Source: an uncultured bacterium (lineage in GTDB: Bacteria > Patescibacteriota > Minisyncoccia > Moranbacterales > GWC2-37-73). Taken from it: DNA of 64,000 bases. Under the pieces are notes generated by a model. It had not been told where the DNA came from. It saw only the letters and a list, made by a program, of their open reading frames with translations, and made no database searches. A program made the translations under genes and the position numbers. Each line of letters opens with the position of its first letter. Positions within the stretch are counted from its first letter, which is position 1. Of this stretch, positions 19,544 through 28,888 are shown piece by piece. Location: positions 17,513-81,512 of the forward strand of contig CAILTR010000050.1 of the NCBI GenBank assembly GCA_903837175.1, read 5' to 3'.

Positions 19544-19783
19544 TTATATTACGATGTGATTTTTATCCTTACTCATTGGCCGACATTCAGTAAACTCTAC
19601 CACCTCTCCAACCTTGTGCTTATTTTCGGCGTCATGAACCTTATAGTTTTTGGTCGATCGATACTTCTTTAAATATTTCGGATGCGTCTTCAAGGATTGA
19701 ACAGCCACCACAATAGTCTTATCCATTGAGTCACTCACAACTTTACCTTTTTTTGTTGCTAATTTTTTAGTAGTGTTTGTCAT
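19544..19783 (-). CDS. rpsQ: 30S ribosomal protein uS17
   Basis: GKVVSDSMDKTIVV, HPKYLK, ECRPMSK. Confidence 0.96.
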   Translation of the reverse strand: MTNTTKKLATKKGKVVSDSMDKTIVVAVQSLKTHPKYLKKYRSTKNYKVHDAENKHKVGEVVEFTECRPMSKDKNHIVI

Positions 19784-19811
19784 ATCCTAGTTTTTATCCT
19801 AATTATATATT

Positions 19812-20000
19812 TTATTGCTCTTTCTCTTTTAGAATAGTCATCGCCCGCGCTACATCCTTTTTAAGCTCGCGGTACTCTCGATGATTCTTAAGCTGACGAG
19901 CTGCAATATCAAATCTAAGCTTAACTGCTTGAGATTGCTTCTCAGCGATTAATTTCTTAATCTGCTCAATATTTAAATCTCTAATTTCCAAAATTTTCAT
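19812..20000 (-). CDS. rpmC: 50S ribosomal protein uL29
   Basis: LRF...QLKN...LKKDVARAMT; position between rplP and rpsQ. Confidence 0.9.
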   Translation of the reverse strand: MKILEIRDLNIEQIKKLIAEKQSQAVKLRFDIAARQLKNHREYRELKKDVARAMTILKEKEQ

Positions 20001-20113
20001 AATGTTATAAATCGCTAATTAATCACTAATCTACTTCCCTAATTATCCCTAATGTTCTTTTCTTATTCGCGACCATTCGAGAAAAATTCGTGTCGATTCG
20101 CGATTACTATCCT
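20001..20113 (-). repeat. family A junction hairpin (rplP-rpmC)
   Basis: Same two-arm pattern. Confidence 0.9.
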
Positions 20114-20527
20114 CTATTTTTCCTTAACTACAAATTTCGTCTTAACGCATAGTTTGTGAGAAGCCAATCTCATCGCCTCTTTAGCAACTGAGATATCTAT
20201 GCCATCCATCTCAAACAAAACTCTGCCTTCCTTGGTCTTGGCTACAAAATGATCAACACTACCCTTTCCTTTACCCATCGGAGTTTCATCACCCTTCTTA
20301 GTCATCGGTTTATCCGGGAAAATTCTAATCCAAATCTTTCCACCTCTCTTAATATACCTCGTCATCGCTCTTCGAGCAGCTTCGATCTGACGAGCTGAAA
20401 TTAATCCTGAGGTTGTTGCTTTAAGACCAAAGCTACCGAAACTTACAGTATTACCTTTGGTTGCAACTCCACGGATTGCTCCTCCGCGATGAATCTTCCT
20501 GTGTTTTACTTTTTTTGGCATCAACAT
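20114..20527 (-). CDS. rplP: 50S ribosomal protein uL16
   Basis: [34 protein letters not shown]. Confidence 0.97.
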   Translation of the reverse strand: MLMPKKVKHRKIHRGGAIRGVATKGNTVSFGSFGLKATTSGLISARQIEAARRAMTRYIKRGGKIWIRIFPDKPMTKKGDETPMGKGKGSVDHFVAKTKEGRVLFEMDGIDISVAKEAMRLASHKLCVKTKFVVKEK

Positions 20528-20536
20528 ATATTTTGG

Positions 20537-20580
20537 TAAATCCCTAATCAACGCTAATTATTCCCTAATTTTCTCGAATC
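20537..20580 (-). repeat. family A half copy (start-proximal arm only)
   Basis: aaatccctaatcaacgctaattattccctaatt without a full partner arm. Confidence 0.65.
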
Positions 20581-20595
20581 TTTTTTCATTGGTGA

Positions 20596-21273
20596 CTATT
20601 TAAGACTAGCTTCAGCTTGATTCGCATTTTTTTCTTCAAAGACTTCTCCCTTGTAAATCCAAGTCTTAATTCCAATTGCGCCATAGGTAGTGAACGCCGT
20701 AGCTTTAGCGAAATCTATGTCAGCCCGTAGCGTATGCAATGGAACCGTTCCTCTTGAAAGCCATTCTCTTCTAGCCATTTCAGCTCCGCCCAAACGACCG
20801 CAAATCTCAATCTTGACTCCCTTAACAATTCTATTTTTTTCAACTGTATCAAGGGTTGATTTCAAAATACGTCTAAATGGCACTCGCTTTTCTAACTGTT
20901 CAGCCACGCTTTGCGCAACTAGCGAAGCATTTTCCTCAAACTGACGGACTTCCTGAGCTTCTATTTTAAGGTCAACCTTCCTACCGGCGAAAAAGTTTTT
21001 CTTAATCACTACTCCCATATCAACGATACCAGTGCCACCCCTTCCAATCAGAACTCCCGGGCGCGATGTTTTCACGATCAATTTTAGAGTATTTGCGCTA
21101 CGCTCAATTTCAACCTCTGCAATTGCCGCTGCTTTATACTTTTTCATGATAAACTCCCTAATTTGGATATCCTCCTTGAGTTTTTTAGTATAATCCTTAT
21201 CTGAAAACCACCTTGATTTCCAAGTGTTGGTAATACCTATTCTAAGTCCAGTTGGGTTAACTTTATGTCCCAT
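20596..21273 (-). CDS. rpsC: 30S ribosomal protein uS3
   Basis: MGHKVNPTGLRIG, GRLGGAEMAR, PLHTLRADID. Confidence 0.97.
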   Translation of the reverse strand: MGHKVNPTGLRIGITNTWKSRWFSDKDYTKKLKEDIQIREFIMKKYKAAAIAEVEIERSANTLKLIVKTSRPGVLIGRGGTGIVDMGVVIKKNFFAGRKVDLKIEAQEVRQFEENASLVAQSVAEQLEKRVPFRRILKSTLDTVEKNRIVKGVKIEICGRLGGAEMARREWLSRGTVPLHTLRADIDFAKATAFTTYGAIGIKTWIYKGEVFEEKNANQAEASLK

Positions 21274-21312
21274 AAATTCTAATTTAATATCCTAATTATA
21301 TGCTAATTAAAT

Positions 21313-21873
21313 TTAAACGCCTGATTTCCGCTGAAAAACTTTATTCAAAAAATTACCATCTTGTTGTTGTCCTTTTTTAGGAACTTCCTTTTTTACAGCA
21401 GTCTTTTTCGTCGCAGTCTTTTTTTCGCCCACAACTTCAGCGTCTTGCACCTCTTCTTCTTTAACGCTTTTCTTGATAGCCTTTTCTTTCACGGCTCGTT
21501 CCTTCTCTAACTGCTCTTTCGATTTACGATTTTTACCTTCGACTCGCTCTTCCAATTCCAAATCAATCTGGGAAGTTCTCTTGAGAATCAAAGTTGCTCT
21601 TCCTTGAGCCCTTGGCAACCATCTTTTTAAACTTGGTCCCCCGCCAACTTGAATATTATTTACAAACAAATTGTCCTTATCTAAACCAAAGTTATTTTCC
21701 GCATTTGCAATCGCGCTTCGCAGAAGCTTTTCCAAAGGATTACTTGTTTTCTTAACAAGGTTTTGCAATTGGATCAATGCCACAGAGCAGTTCATCCCAA
21801 CAATGCTGCGGGTAACTAATCTAACCTTTCGGGGAGACATTCTTAAATTTTTGAGTGTTGCTGTAACTTTCAT
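21313..21873 (-). CDS. rplV: 50S ribosomal protein uL22 with Lys/Glu-rich C-terminal extension
   Basis: SPRKVRLV, SAIANAENN, PRAQGRA. Confidence 0.95.
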   Translation of the reverse strand: MKVTATLKNLRMSPRKVRLVTRSIVGMNCSVALIQLQNLVKKTSNPLEKLLRSAIANAENNFGLDKDNLFVNNIQVGGGPSLKRWLPRAQGRATLILKRTSQIDLELEERVEGKNRKSKEQLEKERAVKEKAIKKSVKEEEVQDAEVVGEKKTATKKTAVKKEVPKKGQQQDGNFLNKVFQRKSGV

Positions 21874-21877
21874 GTAT

Positions 21878-22018
21878 TTCTCTACGAATTACTAATTTGT
21901 ACGAATGTACGAATCATGATTCATTTGTATATGACATTAAATTCTAACTTTTATTAAATTTATAATCTCTTTTGCATTTCTTTCGTATATTCGTATCTGT
22001 TCGTAATTCGTAGAGATT
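21878..22018. repeat. family B (TACGAA-unit) junction hairpin (rpsS-rplV)
   Basis: TCTCTACGAATTAC...GTAATTCGTAGAGA inverted arms. Confidence 0.8.
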
Positions 22019-22021
22019 TAC

Positions 22022-22369
22022 CTATTTTTTCTTCGCTCCTCCTGCTGGTTCAGCCTTGGCTGCTTTAGCGGCATCTTGCGCTTTTTGCTTAGCTGCTGAT
22101 TCTAATTCTTTCTGCATCTTCCCTCCATGTCGGGTGAACTTACGAGTTGGAGAAAATTCTCCAAGTCTATGCCCAACTGTTTCTTCAGTAATATAAACTG
22201 GGATAAATTCTTTTCCATTATGCACTCCGAAAGTAAAACCAATCATTTCTGGGGTAATCGTGCAAGCTCGAGACCAGGTCTTAATAGTTCCTTGCGCTGG
22301 GGTTGCATTTAAAACCTTCTTTACAACGCGCTCATCAATATATGGTCCTTTTTTTAAACTTCTTGACAT
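22022..22369 (-). CDS. rpsS: 30S ribosomal protein uS19 with Ala/Lys tail
   Basis: [30 protein letters not shown]. Confidence 0.97.
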   Translation of the reverse strand: MSRSLKKGPYIDERVVKKVLNATPAQGTIKTWSRACTITPEMIGFTFGVHNGKEFIPVYITEETVGHRLGEFSPTRKFTRHGGKMQKELESAAKQKAQDAAKAAKAEPAGGAKKK

Positions 22370-22482
22370 AATGTTATAAATCTCTAATCAATGCTAATTA
22401 TTTCACTAATTATCTCTAATATTTCTCAATGCTTATTCGCGAAAATTCGAGAAAAATTCGTATCGATTCGCGACTATTATCC
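22370..22482 (-). repeat. family A junction hairpin (rplB-rpsS)
   Basis: Same two-arm pattern. Confidence 0.9.
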
Positions 22483-23313
22483 TTATTTCTTAACTCTTCG
22501 TTTAACGATAAACTTATCGCTGTATCTCTTTTTCTTTCTGGTCTTTTTTCCAAGCGCTGGCTTACCCCAAGGTGTTTTCGGATGTTTCAACCCAATTCCT
22601 TGTCTGCCTTCTCCTCCTCCATGTGGATGATCAACTGGATTCATAGCTGAACCTCGAACTTCCGGTCTTTTTCCTTTCCATCGATTTCTTCCAGCCTTAC
22701 CAATTTTTTCAGCGCTATGTTCGAAATTACTTACTTTCCCAATCGTTGCCCAGCAATCCTTACTAACCAATCTGATTTCATTAGAGGCCATTTTAAGCTG
22801 AGCCATTTTTCCATCGATAGCCATCAAAATTGCTCCTGAGCCAGCACTGCGAGCCATCTGTCCGCCCTTCCCAACCACTAACTCCACATTTGAAATAACT
22901 GTACCGGAAGGAATATTACGAAGAACAGTTCTATTTCCCTTTTTAATCGGTGCATTTTCTCCAGAAACAATTTCAACATCTTGTTTCATCCCTTCGGAGG
23001 CAAGCACATATCGCTTATCACCATCTTTATAAGATACCAAAGCAATCAAAGCACTTCTGTTTGGATCTCTTTCGATTGCAATAATTTTTCCAGGAATATC
23101 AAATTTCTGTTGTTTAAAATCAACTAAGCGATAGCGTCGTTTGTGTCCACCACCTTGATGCCTAGTAGAGATTTTTCCGTGACTGCGTCCGGCCTTTTGG
23201 GTCATTGGAGCAAGTAAAGATTTCTCCGGTTTTTTGTCGGTAAGATCGTCAGGCTTAACAATAGACATATTGCGCCTTCCCGCTGTATTTTTTTTGTATA
23301 CTTTAATTGCCAT
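22483..23313 (-). CDS. rplB: 50S ribosomal protein uL2
   Basis: GGGHKRRYR, DPNRSA, VRGSAMNPVDHPHGGGEG. Confidence 0.98.
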   Translation of the reverse strand: MAIKVYKKNTAGRRNMSIVKPDDLTDKKPEKSLLAPMTQKAGRSHGKISTRHQGGGHKRRYRLVDFKQQKFDIPGKIIAIERDPNRSALIALVSYKDGDKRYVLASEGMKQDVEIVSGENAPIKKGNRTVLRNIPSGTVISNVELVVGKGGQMARSAGSGAILMAIDGKMAQLKMASNEIRLVSKDCWATIGKVSNFEHSAEKIGKAGRNRWKGKRPEVRGSAMNPVDHPHGGGEGRQGIGLKHPKTPWGKPALGKKTRKKKRYSDKFIVKRRVKK

Positions 23314-23423
23314 AATAGTATAAATCTCTAATCAACACTAATTATTTCACTAATTATCACTAATATTCTTCTTATTCGCGATTATTCGAGTTTAAATTCG
23401 AGTCGATTCGCGATTTCTATCCG
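23314..23423 (-). repeat. family A junction hairpin (rplW-rplB)
   Basis: Same two-arm pattern. Confidence 0.9.
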
Positions 23424-23807
23424 CTAGGCTCCCTGGAATAGTTCAATTTTATCTCCCTCTTTCAGAGTAACGATTGCTTTTTTAATCGCTGACTTCGTAC
23501 CTTCAAATCTACCATATACTCTCTTTTTCGGGATAAAATTCATTACTGCAACCTTCTCAACTTTAACTTTATAAAAACCCTCGATTGCCTTTTTAACCTC
23601 AGCTTTCGTAGCCTGCCTGGTAATCCTAAAAACATATTTATTATCGGCAAGTCCCGCGTGTGATTTTTCCGTAATCCAAGGCTCCACTAAAATTTTATAA
23701 GCAATTTCAGCATTTTCAACAGCGATAGGCAAAACCTTTTTCGCTACTTTCTTAACTGCCACTTCTTTCTTTGAAGTCTTTTCTTTTTTTTCTTCAATTA
23801 CTGCCAT
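23424..23807 (-). CDS. rplW: 50S ribosomal protein uL23 with N-terminal extension
   Basis: PWITEKS, KYVF, KKAIVTLKEG. Confidence 0.94.
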   Translation of the reverse strand: MAVIEEKKEKTSKKEVAVKKVAKKVLPIAVENAEIAYKILVEPWITEKSHAGLADNKYVFRITRQATKAEVKKAIEGFYKVKVEKVAVMNFIPKKRVYGRFEGTKSAIKKAIVTLKEGDKIELFQGA

Positions 23808-23814
23808 ATATTTT

Positions 23815-23895
23815 TACCGATACGAAACTACGAATTATATACGAATCTACGAAACTTTTCGAATGGGCGCTTTCGTGGTGCGCTTTTCGCATGCT
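23815..23895 (-). repeat. family B variant junction element (rplD-rplW)
   Basis: ACCGATACGAAACTACGAATTATATACGAATCTACGAAA + TTCGAATGGGCGCTTTCG; near-identical to 24533..24614. Confidence 0.85.
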
Positions 23896-24525
23896 TTATT
23901 TTGCAAATTTTTCTTCCAAAAATGTAATCGAGGCCTTACTCAAAAGCACATATTTATTATTGAGTAAATCATATACATTCAAATCTTTCGTCTCAATGTT
24001 AGCTATTTTTGGAATATTTCGGCTAGCTAAAGTCAAACTCTTCTCTCCTTCTGAAAATGAAACCAAAATTTTTCCGGTTAATTTCAAATTTTTTATAATT
24101 TGAGCAAAAGCTTTAGTTTTTTTGTCTTTAAGTTCAAGTGCGTCAACGGCCACAAGGGTCCCGCTGCGAAGCTTTTCACTTAGGGCAATACGTACCGCCT
24201 TTTGCTTCATCTTCTTATTCACATCTCTTTTAAAATTACGATCACTTGTTGGTCCGAAAGCTACTCCACCACCTTTCATGACAGGATTTCGCTTCTGGCC
24301 TTGTCTAGCACTACCGGTGCCCTTTTGCTTAAAGGGTTTCTTTCCGCTTCCAGCAACTTCACTCTTATCTTTTGTATTAGCAATTGAAAATCGCTGATTA
24401 CCAGCAATCACCATAAAAACTTGATGCAAAAGTTCATCATTTGATTTCACGGCGAAAACTGCATCTGAGATATTTAAATCTTCAAGCTTTTTTCCTTCTA
24501 AGTTGTGCAGGGCAATTGTAGCCAT
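23896..24525 (-). CDS. rplD: 50S ribosomal protein uL4
   Basis: KPFKQKGTGSARQG, GGGVAFGP, RNIP. Confidence 0.96.
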   Translation of the reverse strand: MATIALHNLEGKKLEDLNISDAVFAVKSNDELLHQVFMVIAGNQRFSIANTKDKSEVAGSGKKPFKQKGTGSARQGQKRNPVMKGGGVAFGPTSDRNFKRDVNKKMKQKAVRIALSEKLRSGTLVAVDALELKDKKTKAFAQIIKNLKLTGKILVSFSEGEKSLTLASRNIPKIANIETKDLNVYDLLNNKYVLLSKASITFLEEKFAK

Positions 24526-24532
24526 AATATTT

Positions 24533-24614
24533 ATACCGATACGAAACTACGAATTATATACGAATCTACGAAATTTTCGAATGGGCGCTTTCGTAGTGCG
24601 CTTTTCGGATGCTT
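24533..24614 (-). repeat. family B variant junction element (rplC-rplD)
   Basis: Near-identical to 23815..23895. Confidence 0.85.
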
Positions 24615-25175
24615 CTATCCTCGAATTTCCACAATCCTTCCAACCACTCCTGGCACTCCGCCGAGGATACCAATCAGATTCTTTTCGAGATTCAAATAAA
24701 CAACCTTCATATTTTTAACTGATTTTCTTTTTCCGCCCATCCGTCCGGCCATTTTCTTTCCCTTGATAACATGCTGAGGTTGTTGAGCACCAATTGAACC
24801 AGGTGCGCGAAGATCATGCTTGTGTCCATGGGAAGCTGGAGATCCGCCGAAGCCATGACGCTTCACAACTCCTTGAAATCCTTTCGCTTTAGCAATTCCA
24901 CTAACCTTCACAATATCTCCAATTGCAAAATTTTCAACTGAAACTTTATCCCCGACTGCCAGCGTTACAGCTTCTGAACCTCTAAATTCTTTTCGATGAG
25001 TCACTCTGCGAGTTTTTTCAGTCGCAAGTTGCACAGCGCTGTAACCATCCTTTTCAATCGTTCTTACCACCGAAACGGTATTTGGCTCACATTCAATCAA
25101 GGTCACATTCAGTGCGCCTTGTTGTTGATCATACAACGTTGTCATCCCCATTTTTTTCCCTAAAATATGTTTCAT
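24615..25175 (-). CDS. rplC: 50S ribosomal protein uL3 (short)
   Basis: GKKMGMT, DGYSAVQL, KGFQGVVKRHGF, RAPGSIG. Confidence 0.96.
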   Translation of the reverse strand: MKHILGKKMGMTTLYDQQQGALNVTLIECEPNTVSVVRTIEKDGYSAVQLATEKTRRVTHRKEFRGSEAVTLAVGDKVSVENFAIGDIVKVSGIAKAKGFQGVVKRHGFGGSPASHGHKHDLRAPGSIGAQQPQHVIKGKKMAGRMGGKRKSVKNMKVVYLNLEKNLIGILGGVPGVVGRIVEIRG

Positions 25176-25348
25176 ATCAGTAATTTTCTAATCTTTATCT
25201 TTAAATTCGCCTGCCTGCCGGTAGGCAGGTAGTTATAAAAAAACTGGCTTCTCAGCCAGCTCAATCAAAGGAATAATCCTTCGACTTAGCTAATTGAGTA
25301 TCCAACTTTTCAGTGGGACTTTAACTAGTTTTTTTCTTTTTTTCTAAC
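25176..25348 (-). promoter_or_regulatory. candidate structured leader/attenuator of rplC
   Basis: GAAA-loop hairpin, a long second hairpin, and CTGGCT-GAGA-AGCCAG-T7 terminator with an upstream alternative pairing segment. Confidence 0.55.
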
Positions 25349-25354
25349 TTATCT

Positions 25355-25383
25355 ATTGTAAACCAATTCTTAAATTTATGCAA
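25355..25383 (-). promoter_or_regulatory. promoter TTGCAT-17-TACAAT upstream of rplC
   Basis: Near-consensus boxes with 17-nt spacing. Confidence 0.55.
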
Positions 25384-25486
25384 GCCTTTTAAGCGATTCG
25401 CGATTATTTGCATGTGTCCCCTTCCATCATTCGCATGTGCCCCATTCGTTATTCGCATGGGCGCTTTCGTAGTGCGCTTTCGCATG

Positions 25487-25819
25487 CTACATTTTAATCT
25501 CCACGTCTACCCCAGCTGGTAAATCAAGCCCCGTGAGACTTTCAATAGTCTTAGCAGTTGGGTCCCAGATATCAACAAGTCGCTTATGAATTCGCATTTC
25601 ATATTGCTCCCGAGCATCCTTATGCACAAAAGTTGATTTATTCACAGTTACTTTGTGAATCTCTGTTGGAAGGGGTACTGGGCCAGTTACTCTAGCGCCT
25701 GTTCTTTCAGCAGTTTCAACGATTTTTCGCGCTGACTGATCGATCACTTTGCTGTCATAAGCTTTGATCTTGATTCTGATTCTTGTAGATTGTCCTGTTT
25801 CTATTTTTTTCGAAGCCAT
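25487..25819 (-). CDS. rpsJ: 30S ribosomal protein uS10
   Basis: [28 protein letters not shown]. Confidence 0.97.
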   Translation of the reverse strand: MASKKIETGQSTRIRIKIKAYDSKVIDQSARKIVETAERTGARVTGPVPLPTEIHKVTVNKSTFVHKDAREQYEMRIHKRLVDIWDPTAKTIESLTGLDLPAGVDVEIKM

Positions 25820-25911
25820 CTGGGTAGATTAAGATAAAAATTACTATTTAAACGTTGTTCGAGTGAACACAAGCAGACATAATTTCTTATGTCTGCATAG
25901 TAAACTTGAAC

Positions 25912-27105
25912 TTACTTAATGATTTTAGTTGCAACACCAGCTCCAACTGTGCGTCCTCCTTCGCGAATCGCGAATCGCATTCCTTCTTCCATCGCAACTG
26001 GGGCAATCAATTTAACTATCAAGCTAATTGTATCTCCAGGCATAACCATTTCAGTTCCTTCTGGCAAAATAACTTCGCCAGTTACATCAGTTGTTCGGAT
26101 GTAGAATTGTGGTTTATATCCCTTAAAGAATGGGGTATGTCGTCCGCCTTCTTCTTTAGTTAGAATATAAATTTCTCCTTCAAATTCAGTGTGTGGGGTA
26201 ATTGAACCAGTTTTAGCCAAAACTTGTCCGCGTTCAACATCTTCTTTCTTAATTCCGCGAAGCAAAAGTCCTGCGTTATCTCCAGCTTGTCCTTTATCTA
26301 GAGATTTATTAAACATTTCAATCCCAGTTACGACAGTTTTCACCGTTGGGCGAAGACCGACAATTTCAACTTCTTCATTGATATTGATTGTTCCTCGTTC
26401 GATTCTTCCAGTTACCACTGTTCCACGACCTTCAATTGAGAAGATATCTTCAATCGGCATCAAAAGTGGTTTGTCAGTATCTCGAACTGGGTCAGGAATT
26501 TTTGAATCCAAAGCAGCCATTAAATCATAGATTGGTTTAGCCGCTGGATCTTCAATAGATGTCGCTACTAGGGCCTTGGTCGCTGAACCGCGAACAACTG
26601 CAGCGTTATCACCGTCAAATTCATATTTTGTCAAAAGTTCACGAATTTCAGCTTCAACCAAGTCAATCAATTCAGCGTCATCAACCATATCAACTTTATT
26701 GATGAAAACTACGATTGCTGGCACTCCAACTTGTTTAGCAAGCAAAATGTGCTCGCGAGTTTGAGGCATTGGGCCATCAGTCGCGCTAACCACAATAATA
26801 GAACCGTCCATTTGAGCAGCTCCCGTAATCATGTTCTTGATATAATCAGCATGTCCCGGACAATCAACATGAGCGTAGTGACGAGCTTCAGTTTCATATT
26901 CACAATGTGAAGTCGCGATAGTAATTCCACGTTCTCTTTCTTCTGGAGCATTATCAATTTCGTTTACGCCTCTTTCTTTAGCAAAACCTTTTAGAGATTG
27001 GCAATGCAAAATAGCCGCGGTCAAAGTTGTCTTGCCGTGGTCGACGTGTCCAATTGTTCCTACGTTTACATGTGGTTTTGTGCGCTCAAATTTAGCTACT
27101 GCCAT
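25912..27105 (-). CDS. tuf: elongation factor Tu
   Basis: [30 protein letters not shown]. Confidence 0.99.
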   Translation of the reverse strand: MAVAKFERTKPHVNVGTIGHVDHGKTTLTAAILHCQSLKGFAKERGVNEIDNAPEERERGITIATSHCEYETEARHYAHVDCPGHADYIKNMITGAAQMDGSIIVVSATDGPMPQTREHILLAKQVGVPAIVVFINKVDMVDDAELIDLVEAEIRELLTKYEFDGDNAAVVRGSATKALVATSIEDPAAKPIYDLMAALDSKIPDPVRDTDKPLLMPIEDIFSIEGRGTVVTGRIERGTININEEVEIVGLRPTVKTVVTGIEMFNKSLDKGQAGDNAGLLLRGIKKEDVERGQVLAKTGSITPHTEFEGEIYILTKEEGGRHTPFFKGYKPQFYIRTTDVTGEVILPEGTEMVMPGDTISLIVKLIAPVAMEEGMRFAIREGGRTVGAGVATKIIK

Positions 27106-27251
27106 ATTGGTTGTTTTCGCCGTTGCGCAAAGCTATTTTTGCCCTGCGACTAACGGATACTTAAGATGAATTACTATTAAAGATTTTAACATAATCTTCC
27201 GAAAAAAGCAATTAAAAAAAATTCCTTTTTCGGGAAAATCGGTACTTGTTT

Positions 27252-27279
27252 ATTCTACACGATTAATAAATACTGTCAA
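27252..27279 (-). promoter_or_regulatory. promoter TTGACA-16-TAGAAT for tuf-rpsJ
   Basis: Perfect -35 and near-consensus -10 about 145 nt upstream of tuf. Confidence 0.55.
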
Positions 27280-27543
27280 GAGCCAGGAATTAGCTTTTTA
27301 GGCTTTAGCTCCTTAGCTTTTAGATTTGGCTTAAATAGGGCGTTTAAGCGTGATCGATATTTTACCTGCCTACTTATCTCCAACACTCCATATTTCCTAT
27401 CTCTTTGCCAATTCAAGAGCTCTTTGATACAAAAAATTCTCGACGAGCTTTTCGAGATAGCCGAAATTACTATCCTGATTAATATTAATTACTTTACCTT
27501 TATAAGCACCACTACTTTCAGAAAATTACCTAATGACAATCAA

Positions 27544-28311
27544 TTATTTTTTCGAAGCGTCTTCCTTAATCATCTTAAAGGCTTCTTGGACGGTACCCAT
27601 GAATTGGGCGGGGAAAATGATCGTTGAATTTTTCTCTACGCTAATTTCGGCCATCGTCTGCAAAGTTCGAAGTTGCAAAGCCACCGGATGGCTAGAAATA
27701 ATATCCGCTGCTTCGCCCAATTTAATTGCGGCCTGAAATTCTCCATCAGCAGCAATAATTTTAGCCCGCTTTTCTCTTTCTGCTTCAGCTTCTTTTGCCA
27801 TCGCCCGTTGCATGTTTTCAGGCAGGGCAATGTCTTTAATTTCAACGGCCGTCACTTGGGCGCCCCAAGGTTCCGTATGCTGATCAATTACATTTTTAAT
27901 TTGTGCGTTAATATCCACAGTCTGCGAAAGCAGTTGATCTAAACTAAATTGTCCGACGACATTCCGCACGGTTGTCTGGGAAATTTGATTGACCGCTTTA
28001 TAGATATCTTCAATAGCAACCACGGCTTTCATTGGATCAATGATATGATAATAAGCTACAGCTGCAATATCAATCGACACATTGTCTTTAGTGATAATTT
28101 TCTGAGACGGAATATCCATCGTCACGGTTCGTAAAACCGTTCTAGTCATCGTTTCAAAAATTGGAATTAAAATAATTAAACCAGGTCCACGCACGCCGGT
28201 GTATTTACCAAGAAAGAAAATAACCCCTCTTTCATATTCGTTTAAAACCTTCAGGGATTTTGCCAGCAAGAACACAATTATTAGAAAAAACGGCAGAAGC
28301 AAGACTTCCAT
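27544..28311 (-). CDS. SPFH/band 7 (slipin, stomatin-like) membrane protein
   Basis: [34 protein letters not shown]. Confidence 0.92.
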   Translation of the reverse strand: MEVLLLPFFLIIVFLLAKSLKVLNEYERGVIFFLGKYTGVRGPGLIILIPIFETMTRTVLRTVTMDIPSQKIITKDNVSIDIAAVAYYHIIDPMKAVVAIEDIYKAVNQISQTTVRNVVGQFSLDQLLSQTVDINAQIKNVIDQHTEPWGAQVTAVEIKDIALPENMQRAMAKEAEAEREKRAKIIAADGEFQAAIKLGEAADIISSHPVALQLRTLQTMAEISVEKNSTIIFPAQFMGTVQEAFKMIKEDASKK

Positions 28312-28407
28312 ACTTTTTTAATTCAACTAAAACTTCGAACCTAGCCGATGCTTAATTGAATTTTTAATTAATTTATTAAGACTAAATATCAATCTAATTT
28401 ATCAAAC

Positions 28408-28773
28408 TTAAAAACGAGCGCCACTGTCAACGACCAGTTTCTTTTTAAGGGATAAAGCTCCGCGTTTTCGAATAGTTCGAACTTTATCTTTTTGGTGCAT
28501 AATTTGGTCTTCAAGCTCAGCTACGGTTAAATCAATTGAGGTTTCAATACTTTCCGAAGTATTTTCACTACGAAAAAGATTACGTGGAGTTTTAATCATA
28601 ACTTCGACGCGAAATTTCCCTTTTTTATCTAAATCGATTTCAACCTCAGTCAAAATAACTTCTTCCGTAAACTTCTTATCCAAACCAGTCAAACGCTTTT
28701 CAATATAATCCCGCGTCTTTTGCTCAACCGCAATCCCCTTAAATAAAAATCTCAGATTTTCTGTGGTACTCAT
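28408..28773 (-). CDS. raiA: ribosome hibernation factor HPF/RaiA-like
   Basis: RDYIEKRL..L.K, SIDL...LEDQI.HQKDK pattern. Confidence 0.75.
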   Translation of the reverse strand: MSTTENLRFLFKGIAVEQKTRDYIEKRLTGLDKKFTEEVILTEVEIDLDKKGKFRVEVMIKTPRNLFRSENTSESIETSIDLTVAELEDQIMHQKDKVRTIRKRGALSLKKKLVVDSGARF

Positions 28774-28888
28774 AAGTTTATTTTTATTAAAATATTATTA
28801 TTTAAAACTCTCATTTACTTCACAATTTTCCTGCCTACCAGCAAGCAAGCATTTAATCATTGAGATTTTATTGATCATTGATTATTGT

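Noticed and set aside
15252-23423. Family A repeats as a CRISPR array
   Set aside because: Units are about 110 nt and are separated by whole r-protein genes, not short spacers. No cas genes are present.
15252-23423. Family A repeats as canonical integron attC sites or intrinsic terminators
   Set aside because: No RYYYAAC/GTTRRRY ends, no integrase in the window, and no GC-rich stem with a U-tract. Kept only as an analogy.
18596-24718. Short ORFs such as 18596..18967, 18994..19176, 22391..22630, 22429..22650, 23771..24103 and 24503..24718
   Set aside because: They run through junction repeats and overlap r-protein genes. Their shared peptides are translated repeat DNA.
27397-27525. Coding-like stretch ESSGAYKGKV...RALELAKR* on the minus strand
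   Set aside because: No start codon and no recognisable family. It could be a gene remnant but I cannot support that.
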